This document shows positions 27,458-27,913 of a stretch of DNA of 27,913 nt, one piece after another. This stretch comes from Promethearchaeota archaeon (GTDB lineage: Archaea; Asgardarchaeota; Lokiarchaeia; Sigyniarchaeales; SOKP01), in contig JBHLMP010000018.1 in NCBI GenBank assembly GCA_048938025.1, forward strand, positions 1 through 27,913. The letters run 5' to 3'. How positions within the stretch are numbered: the stretch's first letter is position 1; every line of letters begins with the position of its first letter. The translations under genes were made by a program, and so were the position numbers. The notes below the pieces were generated by a model. It saw only the letters and a program-made list of their open reading frames with translations. It searched no databases and had not been told where the DNA came from.

Positions 27458-27690
27458 TGCTTTCCGTGTATCTTTCTCGTTATTATTAATTAAAAACTCA
27501 CCCTAAAAAAAGACGTAAATATATTTATTACCATAAGTGATTTTTTTTTAAACACTTTTATAATAAAAATTGTCTTTTTTAAGTTTTTACACAAACAAAA
27601 TAGTTAGAAACAATATCATAAACTAAGATTTTTTAAAGTTCACTCTTATATTAAAAAAAAAGTTATGAAATAAATATTAAAAAAATATGA

Positions 27691-27716
27691 ATTGAATAAT
27701 ATGGATTGAATAATAT
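27691..27716. repeat. 12-bp direct repeat with 14-bp period
   Basis: ATTGAATAATAT-gg-ATTGAATAATAT in the AT-rich region upstream of the regulator pair. Confidence 0.35.
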
Positions 27717-27913
27717 TATGTCAGGATATCTTAACACTATTATATTTGTTATAAAAAAATTATAATTTGCACATATCACATTTATTTTTATAAAAAATTG
27801 TTTAATGATCTATGATTTTATGTCGGGAATTAAACTATAATTCTCGAAATTTTCATGAAAACTATGATGTAGGTAATATTCTATTTTTAAAATATTTGTA
27901 TCTAAAATAAAAT

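Noticed and set aside
27504-27913. CRISPR leader/array or replication origin in the terminal AT-rich region
   Set aside because: No repeat-spacer units, no recognisable ORB motif, and no cas or cdc6 gene in view.

Overview
Very AT-rich archaeal DNA. The gene set (exosome/proteasome superoperon, KEOPS subunits, ZPR1, a profilin-like gene, intron-containing tRNAs) points by inference to an Asgard archaeon, probably Lokiarchaeia. It encodes central metabolism (partial FGGY kinase, acyl-CoA dehydrogenase, PPi-type phosphofructokinase, four-subunit 2-oxoacid:ferredoxin oxidoreductase), tRNA-modification genes, an ECF transporter module, a locally rearranged psmA-SBDS-exosome-rpl37ae-pcc1-pfdB cluster, four tRNAs (two with bulge-helix-bulge introns) and two tandem RHH-HisKA-receiver regulators. 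The main finding is that the ORF track truncates the phosphofructokinase gene because a 31-nt frame-disrupting insert (5330..5360) splits the conserved GGGD-CPG motif. This insert folds into a bulge-helix-bulge structure whose bulges (AG|U, AU|A) match those of the tRNA-Ser(TGA) intron in the same window. It is a candidate mRNA intron in a glycolytic gene, spliced by the tRNA endonuclease.
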